Below, in pieces: positions 9,739-17,590 of a DNA stretch of 64,000 bases (the first letter of the stretch is position 1; each line of letters opens with the position of its first letter). Below the pieces are notes generated by a model. The model was not told the DNA's origin. It did no database searches and saw nothing but the letters and a program-made list of their open reading frames with translations. Both the position numbers and the translations under genes were made by a program. The stretch lies in the NCBI GenBank assembly GCA_965228475.1, contig OZ245817.1:3488001-3552000 (forward strand), given 5' to 3'. Source of the DNA: Myxococcota bacterium. Its GTDB lineage: Bacteria; Myxococcota_A; UBA9160; JAFDDA01.

Positions 9739-10563
9739 GTGGCGCTCTCGGTCCTCAGCCTGAACCTCTGGCACGACGCCGGCCCCTGGCCCGAGCGCGC
9801 GAAGCGCATCCGGAGCTGGATCGACCGGCTCGACCCGGACCTGATCGGCTTCCAGGAGGTTCTCTCGGGGGAAGGCATCGACCAGGCCGCCGAGCTGCTC
9901 TCCGGCCGCGGCTTCCATCTGGATTTCGCGGCGGCGACCCCGCGCTTCGGCGACCGCGACGTCGCCTTCGGGAACGCCGTCGCCTCGCGCTGGCCGCTCG
10001 AGGATCGCGAGGTGCTCGCCCTGCCCTCCTCCGGCGACGGCGAAACCCGAACCGCCCTGTCCGTGATCGCCAAGGCGCCCTTCGGCCCCGTGGGCTTCAC
10101 CTGCACGCACCTGAACTGGCGCTTCCACCACGGCAACGTGCGCGAGCGCCAGGTCCTCGCCCTGGCCGAGTGGGTGCGCGCGCGGCGCCCGGCTGGCGGC
10201 TACCCGCCGATCGTGGTCGGCGACTTCAACGCCGAACCCGACGCTTCGGAGATCCGCTTCCTCTCGGGGCTCCGGGCCCTCGGCGGCCGCAGCGTCTACT
10301 TCGCGGACGCCTGGCGAACGGCGGGCGACGGGAGCGCGGGCATCACCTGGTCGAACCGCAACGACCACGCGCGCGAGTGGCTCGAGCCCGAACGCCGCAT
10401 CGACTACGTCTTCGTCGGCCCGCCGCACCACACCGGCCTCGGGCAGATCACCGGCTGCCGGGTCGTGTGCGACGACGTCGTGGACGGCATCTGGCCCTCG
10501 GACCACTTCGGCGTGTTCGCGGAGCTGCGCGACGAACCCCTTCCGGGGCGCGGCGGCGCGTGA
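9739..10563 (+). CDS. Endonuclease/exonuclease/phosphatase (EEP) family protein
   Basis: SLNLW, GFQEV, THL, GDFNA, RIDYVF, PSDHFGV. Confidence 0.92.
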   Translation: MALSVLSLNLWHDAGPWPERAKRIRSWIDRLDPDLIGFQEVLSGEGIDQAAELLSGRGFHLDFAAATPRFGDRDVAFGNAVASRWPLEDREVLALPSSGDGETRTALSVIAKAPFGPVGFTCTHLNWRFHHGNVRERQVLALAEWVRARRPAGGYPPIVVGDFNAEPDASEIRFLSGLRALGGRSVYFADAWRTAGDGSAGITWSNRNDHAREWLEPERRIDYVFVGPPHHTGLGQITGCRVVCDDVVDGIWPSDHFGVFAELRDEPLPGRGGA

Positions 10564-10571
10564 TCGACCGC

Positions 10572-11213
10572 TCAGGCGAGCGCGCGAAGCCCCGCCGCGA
10601 GGTCGGGCACGGCCTCGGCATGCGCGCGCGCGGCCTCCCACCAGGGCGGGCGCGGCCCGCCCTCCTCGACGAGCACCAGCCTCCGCACGCCGGCGATGAA
10701 CGGCTCGGCCCACCAGAGCGGCCGCGGGTCTCGCTCGGCCATCATGACGTAGGGATCCGCGTCCCCCTCGAAGGCCGCGACGCGCTCCGGGGACGGCACG
10801 ATGGGCCGGAAGTCCTCGAGGTCCGGCTCGGGGCCGCCCGCGGCGAGCCCCTCGCCCGGGAGGAGCAGACAGCCGGGCACGGACTCCGCGCGGGCCGCGG
10901 CGATCATCATCCCGTGCCAGGCGCCGAGGCCCGCGCCGGCGAGCACGGCCGTGCCGCCGATCGCGCGCAGGGCAAGATCCGTATCCGAGAGGAACCTCTC
11001 GTAGGAGTAGCAGCCGCCGCGCAGACGGGAGGACCCGCCGTGGCCCGAGAAGTCGAGAGCGAAGACGGGGCCGGGCCAGTCGTCGACGGCGTCGGGCCAG
11101 TCCGCGCTCGAACCGTAGAGCGCGTGGAGCAGCAGGAGCGGTGTGCCCTCCCCGGCGGTGCGTTCGTGGAGCGCGATCTCGCCCCGGCCGTTCTTCACCT
11201 TGCGTGCGCTCAT
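10572..11213 (-). CDS. Short alpha/beta-hydrolase-fold protein lacking the nucleophile Ser
   Basis: LLLLHAL, LDFSGHGGS; the elbow reads GAGLG instead of GxSxG. Confidence 0.75.
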   Translation of the reverse strand: MSARKVKNGRGEIALHERTAGEGTPLLLLHALYGSSADWPDAVDDWPGPVFALDFSGHGGSSRLRGGCYSYERFLSDTDLALRAIGGTAVLAGAGLGAWHGMMIAAARAESVPGCLLLPGEGLAAGGPEPDLEDFRPIVPSPERVAAFEGDADPYVMMAERDPRPLWWAEPFIAGVRRLVLVEEGGPRPPWWEAARAHAEAVPDLAAGLRALA

Positions 11214-12100
11214 GCGTCGAGCCAGTCGAGAAGCAGCCGCGCCGTCTCCTCGGGCTGTTCCATGTGGACGAAGTGGCCGGCCTCGGCGACGACCGCCTTT
11301 TCGAGGTTCGGCACGTGGGAGAGGCGTTCGCTGAGGAGCGGCTCGGGCAGCGGCCCCCAGGTATCGGGCTCCGAGCCCCAGATGGCGAGCATCGGCATCT
11401 CCAATCGCCCCCACGACACGCCGATGTGATCGGGCGTGAAGGGGCCGATGAAGCGGCCCATGGTCGGATCGTGTTTCCAGTGCCAGCCGTCGGCTTCGAG
11501 CCGCGCGGCGTGGAAGACGAAGAAGCGGAGCCACTCGCGCGAGAGGCGCGGGTTCTGGGCGAGCCGCCGCTCGACGAGATCCTCGAGACTCTCGTAGGGG
11601 CGCCAGGCCGCTCGCTCGATGCGGCGGTGGCGGGCGTCGAGGGAGTCCGCGAGGAGTTCGGGCAGGGGCACGTCGCCCTCGGGCTCCGCCGGCGGCCCGA
11701 AGCCGTCGATGTTCACGAGCTGGCGCACGAGCTCCGGGGCCACGCGCGCGGCGTCCGTCACCTGGCCGCCGCCCTTGCTGTGCCCGACCAGGTGGACCTT
11801 GCGGCCGAGGCTCCGCGCCACGGAGAGGATGTCGTGGATGTCGGCCGGCCAGGCGTAGGCGTCCGCCCAGCCGGAATCGCCGTGGCCCCGCGCATCGACC
11901 GCGACGACGCGGAAGCGCTCGGCCAGGAGCGGCCCGAGCACCGCGAAGCTGCGCGCGTGGTCCCACATGCCATGGGCCAGCACCACGGGCTGGGCCTCCG
12001 GGTCGCCCCATTCGAGGCAGTTCAGCTCGATGCCGGCCGAGGCGACGCGCCGCGTCCGCTCGGGCGGCGGCGTTCCGGGATAGTCGGGTGCTTCTTCCAC
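11210..12100 (-). CDS. Alpha/beta hydrolase
   Basis: AHGMWD, DARGHGDS, GHSKGG, GHFVHMEQPE; start at GTG 12100 or ATG 12148. Confidence 0.88.
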   Translation of the reverse strand: MEEAPDYPGTPPPERTRRVASAGIELNCLEWGDPEAQPVVLAHGMWDHARSFAVLGPLLAERFRVVAVDARGHGDSGWADAYAWPADIHDILSVARSLGRKVHLVGHSKGGGQVTDAARVAPELVRQLVNIDGFGPPAEPEGDVPLPELLADSLDARHRRIERAAWRPYESLEDLVERRLAQNPRLSREWLRFFVFHAARLEADGWHWKHDPTMGRFIGPFTPDHIGVSWGRLEMPMLAIWGSEPDTWGPLPEPLLSERLSHVPNLEKAVVAEAGHFVHMEQPEETARLLLDWLDA

Positions 12101-12146
12101 GGGAAGCGGGAGGATAGGCCGAACCGCCTTCGTTAGCCTTCCCGCC

Positions 12147-13340
12147 ATGGCCGATCCCGAGGACGCGAACCCCGAGAACGAATCCGGCGCACCGCCCGCC
12201 GAACAGACGACGGCGCAGGCGGACGCCGAGGATGCGGCAACGGAGGCCGGTGGAGGCGGGCTCTCGCCGACGCTCCTGCGCGTGGCCAAGGGCGCCGTGG
12301 CCGCCCTCGTCGTGGCCGGGCTCGTCGCCGGAGGCTTGCGCTACGCGAGCCGGAACGGCGAGTTCGAAGAACACGACGCCGAAGGCCGCCTCCTGCGGAC
12401 CTACGAACTCTCGGGCGGGGAACTCCACGGCCCGCGCATCGACTGGAACCCCGACGGCAGCAAGCGGCGCGAGGTCCACTGGAAGGAAGGCCTCCGCCAC
12501 GGGCCCGACATCCTCTACTGGCCCGACGGCAGCAAGCGGCGCGAGGGGGCCTGGGAAGCCGACCTGCCCGTCGGCACCTGGCGCACCTGGCACGGCAACG
12601 GAGCGCTCCAGAGCGAGGGCGCTTACTCGGACCGGGACGCCCGCGAGCCGGCGCGCCCGGCCGGCCCGTGGGTCACCTGGGACGCCGGCGGCACCAAGCT
12701 CTCGGAAGGCCGCTTCGTGAACGGCGAGAAGGACGGGCCGTGGGCACGCTTCTGGCCCAGCGGGAAGCCGCGCAGCCAGGGCCTCTGGGCCGCCGGGACG
12801 CAGGTCGGCAAGTGGAAGGTCTGGCACGAGAACGGGAACCTCGAATCCGAGGGGTCCTGGGCCGGCGGCAAGCGCGAAGGCCGCTGGGTCGAGTGGTACG
12901 CGGACGGCAGCAAGAAGTACGAGGGGAGCTACCGCGGGGGCGAAGCCGTCGGCGAGTGGACGCGCTGGTTCGAGAACGGAAACGTCCAGCTCCACACCGT
13001 CGAGTTCGGCAAGGACGGCAAGACCATCCGGGAAGTGAAGACCTTCTACCCGAACGGCGCCCCGCGCAGCGAGGAGCGCTACGCGGACCAGGTGCCCGAC
13101 GGCCCGAGCCGATCGTTCTACCCGGACGGGAGCCTGTTCGAGGAAGGCCGCTGGGTCGCGGGAGCCAAGGACGGCCCCTGGAAGATCTACGCCCAGGGCA
13201 GCGACGAGCCGAACGTCATCGAGTGGCGCTCGGGCGAGCGGATCACCCCGAACCAGAAGCGGCCCCGCAGCGGCTCGATGGGACATCCGCCCATCGTGCG
13301 CATGCCCGTCGAGTCCGAAGACCGCAACAAGTACGACTGA
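12147..13340 (+). CDS. Membrane-anchored MORN-variant repeat (YwqK-like) protein
   Basis: One hydrophobic helix followed by many W(Y/H)xNGxxxxEGxY/WxxG repeats. Confidence 0.85.
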   Translation: MADPEDANPENESGAPPAEQTTAQADAEDAATEAGGGGLSPTLLRVAKGAVAALVVAGLVAGGLRYASRNGEFEEHDAEGRLLRTYELSGGELHGPRIDWNPDGSKRREVHWKEGLRHGPDILYWPDGSKRREGAWEADLPVGTWRTWHGNGALQSEGAYSDRDAREPARPAGPWVTWDAGGTKLSEGRFVNGEKDGPWARFWPSGKPRSQGLWAAGTQVGKWKVWHENGNLESEGSWAGGKREGRWVEWYADGSKKYEGSYRGGEAVGEWTRWFENGNVQLHTVEFGKDGKTIREVKTFYPNGAPRSEERYADQVPDGPSRSFYPDGSLFEEGRWVAGAKDGPWKIYAQGSDEPNVIEWRSGERITPNQKRPRSGSMGHPPIVRMPVESEDRNKYD

Positions 13341-13362
13341 GGCTTCGGAGCGCCGGACGAGC

Positions 13363-13665
13363 TCAGGAGACGGAGACGAGCCGCTGGACGGTGGGCGGTT
13401 CGGCCGCCATGGGCGCGAGCGCTCCGACGGCGGACTGCAGCGACTCCTGCGCGAGGTGGGTCGCGAGCGCCTCCTCGCTCTCCCAGGTCTCGACCATCAC
13501 GAAGCGGCCCGGCTCGGCGATGTCCTGGCAGAGGTCGTACTCGATGCAGCCGGGCTCGCCGAGCGTCGGGGCGACCATCGTGCGCCGCGCGGCCTCGATG
13601 AAATCATCCACGCACTCGGGCTTGACGGCGAAACGCGCCACGACACGGACCTGACCCTTCGGCAT
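13363..13665 (-). CDS. Antibiotic biosynthesis monooxygenase (ABM) family protein
   Basis: VVARFAVKPE, EPGCIEYDL, FVMVETWESEEALATH. Confidence 0.9.
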   Translation of the reverse strand: MPKGQVRVVARFAVKPECVDDFIEAARRTMVAPTLGEPGCIEYDLCQDIAEPGRFVMVETWESEEALATHLAQESLQSAVGALAPMAAEPPTVQRLVSVS

Positions 13666-13703
13666 CCTGGACCTCCACGATCTTGGAGGGAGGAGTCTAC
13701 CCG

Positions 13704-14105
13704 ATGGAACCCGATGCCCTGCGCGCGCTCGACCGCGAGCGCTACGTGAGCCTGGTGACCTTTCGCCGCTCGGGCGCGGAGGTCGCAACGCCGGTCTGGT
13801 GGGCCCTCGCCGGCGACCGTTTCTACGTCTTCACCGAGGCGCGCTCGGGAAAGATGAAGCGCCTGCGCAACGACGCGCGCGTGCGCCTCGCCGGCTGCGA
13901 CGTCCGCGGCCGCGTCCACGGGAGCTACGTCGACGGCCGGGCTCGGACGGTCGAGGACGAGGCGACGATCGCCCGGGCGTACGAGGCGCTGCGGGCGAAG
14001 TACGGCTGGCAGATGCGGCTCACGGATGGGCTCTCCCGGCTGGCCGGCCGCTACGCGGGCCGGGCGATGCTCGAGATCGAGGTCACGGACGGACCGGCAG
14101 CTTGA
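13704..14105 (+). CDS. PPOX-class putative F420-dependent oxidoreductase
   Basis: YVSLVTFRRSGAEVATPVW, SGKMKRLRN, AKYG. Confidence 0.88.
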   Translation: MEPDALRALDRERYVSLVTFRRSGAEVATPVWWALAGDRFYVFTEARSGKMKRLRNDARVRLAGCDVRGRVHGSYVDGRARTVEDEATIARAYEALRAKYGWQMRLTDGLSRLAGRYAGRAMLEIEVTDGPAA

Positions 14106-14157
14106 TCGACTAGAGGTCCGGACTGGTTCAGGAATCGACTATCGATCCGGACCGATG

Positions 14158-14220
14158 AAAAAAACGATCGTATTTTTTTAAACAAACGATCTTGTGTTAT
14201 TTCAAGATCGATCATATTCT
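14158..14220. promoter_or_regulatory. AT-rich putative TetR operator/promoter
   Basis: Imperfect palindrome AAAAAAA-CGATCG-TATTTTTTT plus two related GATC-centred sites; TATTCT -10 box 7 nt before the ATG. Confidence 0.6.
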
Positions 14221-14227
14221 CTCGCCC

Positions 14228-14833
14228 ATGCGACGCTCCACCTCTCGCGAACGCCACGGAGACCGGCGCCGGCGGACCATCCTCGCCGCCGCGGCGGACC
14301 TCGCTACGGCCGAGGGCCTCGAGGGCCTGTCGATCGCCCGGCTCGCCCGGGCCGTGGGCCTCAGCAAGGGCGGCGTCGTCGCCCACTTCCCGTCCAAGGA
14401 AGAACTCCAGCTCGAGGTGATCGAGGCGGCGGCCGAGGCCTACGACCACCGGGTCTGGTCGCGCGACGCGGAGCCCGGCCTCGCGCGCACCGAAGCCTTG
14501 ATGGCCGCGTGGATCGATTTCATCGACGGCATCGAGTATCGCGGCGGGTGCTTCTTCGCGGCCGCCGCCGCCGAGTTCGGTGCGCGGCCGGGCGCCGTGC
14601 GCGACGCCATCGCACGCCACACCGAAGGCTGGACGCGCATCCTCGAGCGCGAACTCCGGACGGCCCTCCGCCAGGGCGAGCTCCGCGAAGGGTGCGACCC
14701 GCGCCTGCTCGCCTTCCAGCTCCACTCCCTCGTTCAGGAAGCGAACCAGCGCCGGACCCTGCTCGGCGACGAGGGGGCGTTCGACGACGCGCGCGCCCTC
14801 CTGGCGAGCCTCCTGGCCAACGCCCGCGCCTGA
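14228..14833 (+). CDS. TetR/AcrR family regulator
   Basis: ILAAAADL...GLSKGGVVAHFPSKEEL HTH; GGCFF in the C-terminal domain. Confidence 0.93.
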   Translation: MRRSTSRERHGDRRRRTILAAAADLATAEGLEGLSIARLARAVGLSKGGVVAHFPSKEELQLEVIEAAAEAYDHRVWSRDAEPGLARTEALMAAWIDFIDGIEYRGGCFFAAAAAEFGARPGAVRDAIARHTEGWTRILERELRTALRQGELREGCDPRLLAFQLHSLVQEANQRRTLLGDEGAFDDARALLASLLANARA

Positions 14834-14849
14834 AACCTAGGAGAACCCC

Positions 14850-15260
14850 ATGCACGATCCTCAACGCCTGCTCCGGAACAGCCTTCGCGCCAACGGCGCC
14901 TTCTCGACCCTTTCGGGTCTCGTCTTCGCCTTCGCGGGCGGCGCCGTGGCCCGAGCGATCGGCCTCGAAGCCGCCTGGCTCGTCCACGCAACCGGCATCG
15001 GCCTGCTCGGCTTCGCGGCCTACCTGTTCTACACGGCCTCGCGCCCCGAACTCGATACCGGCGTCGCCCTGCAGATCGTGTTCGCGGACCTCGCCTGGGT
15101 CGTCGGCACCCTGCCCGTCGTGTTCTTCGACGTGCTGAACCGGACGGGAACCCTCGGTGCCATCGCGATCGCCGACGTCGTCCTGCTGTTCGCCGTGCTC
15201 CAGTACGCCGGCGTGCGGCGGATCCGCGGGAGCGCGAGCGCTGCGGAGGGCGCGGCGTGA
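14850..15260 (+). CDS. Four-helix membrane protein of unknown function
   Basis: Hydrophobic segments; RBS AGGAG; directly follows the TetR gene. Confidence 0.75.
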   Translation: MHDPQRLLRNSLRANGAFSTLSGLVFAFAGGAVARAIGLEAAWLVHATGIGLLGFAAYLFYTASRPELDTGVALQIVFADLAWVVGTLPVVFFDVLNRTGTLGAIAIADVVLLFAVLQYAGVRRIRGSASAAEGAA

Positions 15261-15919
15261 AGCCGCCGCGACTCCTGCTGGCGGGCGCCGTCCTCCTCGG
15301 CGCGCCCGCGCTGCAGCTCGCCGCCGAGGCCGCGACGCGCTTCCCGGTCGGCCCCGCGCGGATGGCGACGCTCGCCGTCTGGCTCGTCGCCTGGGTGCCC
15401 CTGGTCCGCTTCGGCCTGGCCCGCGCGGACGGCCTGCCCGCTTCCCGGGCCGCGCGGGCCGGCGTCTTCGCGCTGGTGCCGCTGCTCGGCCTCGCACACG
15501 TCCTCGCGGGCGCTCGTTTCTCGGACGGCCCCTTCGGCCCCGTCCCGGGCGGCCCCCTGGCCGGACCCGTCGCGACCGAGCCGCACCCGGACTGGTCGAA
15601 GGCCCGCACCGCCCGCTACGCGGAGCTCGAAGTCCTTCCGGACCGGCCACGCAGCCTCGAAACGCTGGTGCTCGCCCGCGACGGCGTGCTCTACGTCGCG
15701 GCCAACATGCCGCGCAGCAAGCGCTGGCCGGGGCAGGTCCTGGCGGAGCCCCGCGTTCGGATCCGCGTCGGGGATCGCGTCTACGAAAGAAGCGCGTTGC
15801 GCGTCGAGGGCGCCGCGCACCGTGCGGCGCTGCTCGCCTCGATGAACGAGAAATACGGCTTCGACGTGTCGCTCGGCGGCGAGATCTGGTTCTTCGCCCT
15901 CGAACCCCGGCGTTCCTAG
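15257..15919 (+). CDS. Membrane-anchored hypothetical protein, C-terminal split-barrel (DUF2255/deazaflavin-oxidoreductase-like) domain
   Basis: N-terminal TM helices, GPVPGGPLAG, DGVLYV...W...PRVRIRVGDRVY...KYG. Confidence 0.6.
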   Translation: MKPPRLLLAGAVLLGAPALQLAAEAATRFPVGPARMATLAVWLVAWVPLVRFGLARADGLPASRAARAGVFALVPLLGLAHVLAGARFSDGPFGPVPGGPLAGPVATEPHPDWSKARTARYAELEVLPDRPRSLETLVLARDGVLYVAANMPRSKRWPGQVLAEPRVRIRVGDRVYERSALRVEGAAHRAALLASMNEKYGFDVSLGGEIWFFALEPRRS

Positions 15920-16806
15920 GCCGCCTGCAGGCCCTGTCCCGACTCGAACTCGGCGCGCATCTCGCGCGCGGTCTTCGTCGAGCCGTCCGGGCTCCAGCCC
16001 GGCGGGGCGAAGACGTAGCCGAGCGCGTCGTGCAGGCTCCGGGCCCGGCGCACGTCGCGGGCGATGGCCGCCCACTCGTGGAAGGCGATCGTCCACGGGT
16101 TGTAGGTCTCGAGATTCTTCGTGAGGCCGTAGGTGACGGGGGCGCGCTCGGGCTCGAACGTCCCGAAGAGCCGATCCCAGAGGATGAAGATCCCCGCGTG
16201 GTTGCGGTCGAGATACTCGACGTTCGTGCCGTGGTGCACGCGGTGGTGCGAGGGCGTATTGAACACCGCCTCGAACCAGCCGGGCAGCCGGTCGATGCGC
16301 TCGGTGTGGATCCAGAACTGGTAGAGCAGATTCACGGAGCCGACGGTGAGCAGCAGCATCGGGTCGAAGCCGAGCAGCGGCAGGGGCCAGTAGAAGAAGA
16401 GCTGCGTGAACCAGCCCGTCCACGTCTGGCGGAGCGCCGTCGAGAGGTTGTAGTGCTGGCTCGAGTGGTGGGTCACGTGGGCGGCCCAGAAGAAGCGCAC
16501 CTCGTGGCCCGCGCGGTGATACCAGTAGTAGACGAAGTCCTCGACGACGAGCGCCAGCAGGAACACGGCGATGCCGGTTCCGAGATCGAACAGGCGGTAC
16601 TCGTAGAGGGCGTAGAACAGCGCGAGCCGCACGCCCTTCGTCGCCAGGTTGATCGCGACGTTCCCGAGGCCCATCGAGAGGCTCGCCGCCGTATCGCGCA
16701 GGGCGTAGCCCTTGTCTTCCTTGCGGGCGCGAACGGTCGTCGCGATGGCCTCGACGACCATCAGCGTGATGAAGGCGGGAATCGCCAGGTGGGTGAGATC
16801 AGGCAT
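15916..16806 (-). CDS. Sterol desaturase/fatty-acid hydroxylase family di-iron membrane enzyme (alkylglycerol monooxygenase-like)
   Basis: His boxes HRAGH, HVTHH, WIH, HHRVHH; NLSTALRQ. Confidence 0.9.
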   Translation of the reverse strand: MPDLTHLAIPAFITLMVVEAIATTVRARKEDKGYALRDTAASLSMGLGNVAINLATKGVRLALFYALYEYRLFDLGTGIAVFLLALVVEDFVYYWYHRAGHEVRFFWAAHVTHHSSQHYNLSTALRQTWTGWFTQLFFYWPLPLLGFDPMLLLTVGSVNLLYQFWIHTERIDRLPGWFEAVFNTPSHHRVHHGTNVEYLDRNHAGIFILWDRLFGTFEPERAPVTYGLTKNLETYNPWTIAFHEWAAIARDVRRARSLHDALGYVFAPPGWSPDGSTKTAREMRAEFESGQGLQAA

Positions 16807-17413
16807 CGATCGTCTCTCCGGAGAGGGCGCGCCGGGCCAGGCCTTCGAGCAGCGCGAGGGTTCTGGGGATGGCCGGGTCGTTCGGGACGAGCAGCGCTCG
16901 GCCGCGCAGGCCCGAGTAGGCGTCGAGAATGAGGTCGAGCATGGGCGCCAGGTCGTCGACCTCCGGGAAGGACTCGCGCGCCAGGCGATGGACGTTCACC
17001 GAGTGCTGCTCGACGACCGGGAGGAGCGCCGCGAGCAGCGCACCGTCCGTGCGCGCCGCGACCTGCAGCTCGAGCGCCGCGGTCAACGCCGGATCGAGGA
17101 AGATCTCCCAGAGCAGCCCGAGCGCGGCGCGCACGCGGTCGGCCTCGGGCGGGAGCTGTGCGAAGCCCTTCTGGAAGCGCTCGGTCAAGCCGGCGTAGAG
17201 GTGCGCGACGGCGGCGGCCAGCAGCTGGTGGCGCGTCGGGAAGTGGTGCAGCTGCGCGCCGCGCGAGACGCCCGCCTCCTTCGCGACGGCCGTGGTCGTC
17301 GTCCCCGAGAACCCGTGCTCGACCAGGCACCGGATGGCGGCGTCAAGGATGCGCTCGCGGGTCAACGCGCTGCGCTCTTCCTGACTTCGGCGGGCGGTTC
17401 GTCTTGCCGGCAT
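16799..17413 (-). CDS. TetR/AcrR family regulator
   Basis: RSQEERSALTRERILDAA...AGVSRGAQLHHFPT. Confidence 0.93.
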   Translation of the reverse strand: MPARRTARRSQEERSALTRERILDAAIRCLVEHGFSGTTTTAVAKEAGVSRGAQLHHFPTRHQLLAAAVAHLYAGLTERFQKGFAQLPPEADRVRAALGLLWEIFLDPALTAALELQVAARTDGALLAALLPVVEQHSVNVHRLARESFPEVDDLAPMLDLILDAYSGLRGRALLVPNDPAIPRTLALLEGLARRALSGETIDA

Positions 17414-17437
17414 GGAGAGGAGTATCGGCGAAACGAT

Positions 17438-17489
17438 ACAAACAGTCAAGACTGATTGTTAAAATCTTCAAGTGTCTGATAGATTTTAA
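17438..17489. promoter_or_regulatory. Two inverted repeats, putative TetR operators
   Basis: ACAAACAGTC-AA-GACTGATTGT (17438-17459, one mismatch) and TTAAAATCT-N13-AGATTTTAA (17459-17489). Confidence 0.65.
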
Positions 17490-17590
17490 GTTTCCTGGAC
17501 GAACAGATCCCCGTGCTCTGACTCCCGGGAGCGTCGGCGACGGCCCGTGCTCGGTTGACCCGGCCCGAAAACTGAAACATGTTCCATCCC

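Noticed and set aside
12147..13340. YwqK-like protein as part of a toxin-antitoxin system
   Set aside because: No adjacent toxin; membrane-anchored MORN-variant repeat proteins commonly receive this label without such a role
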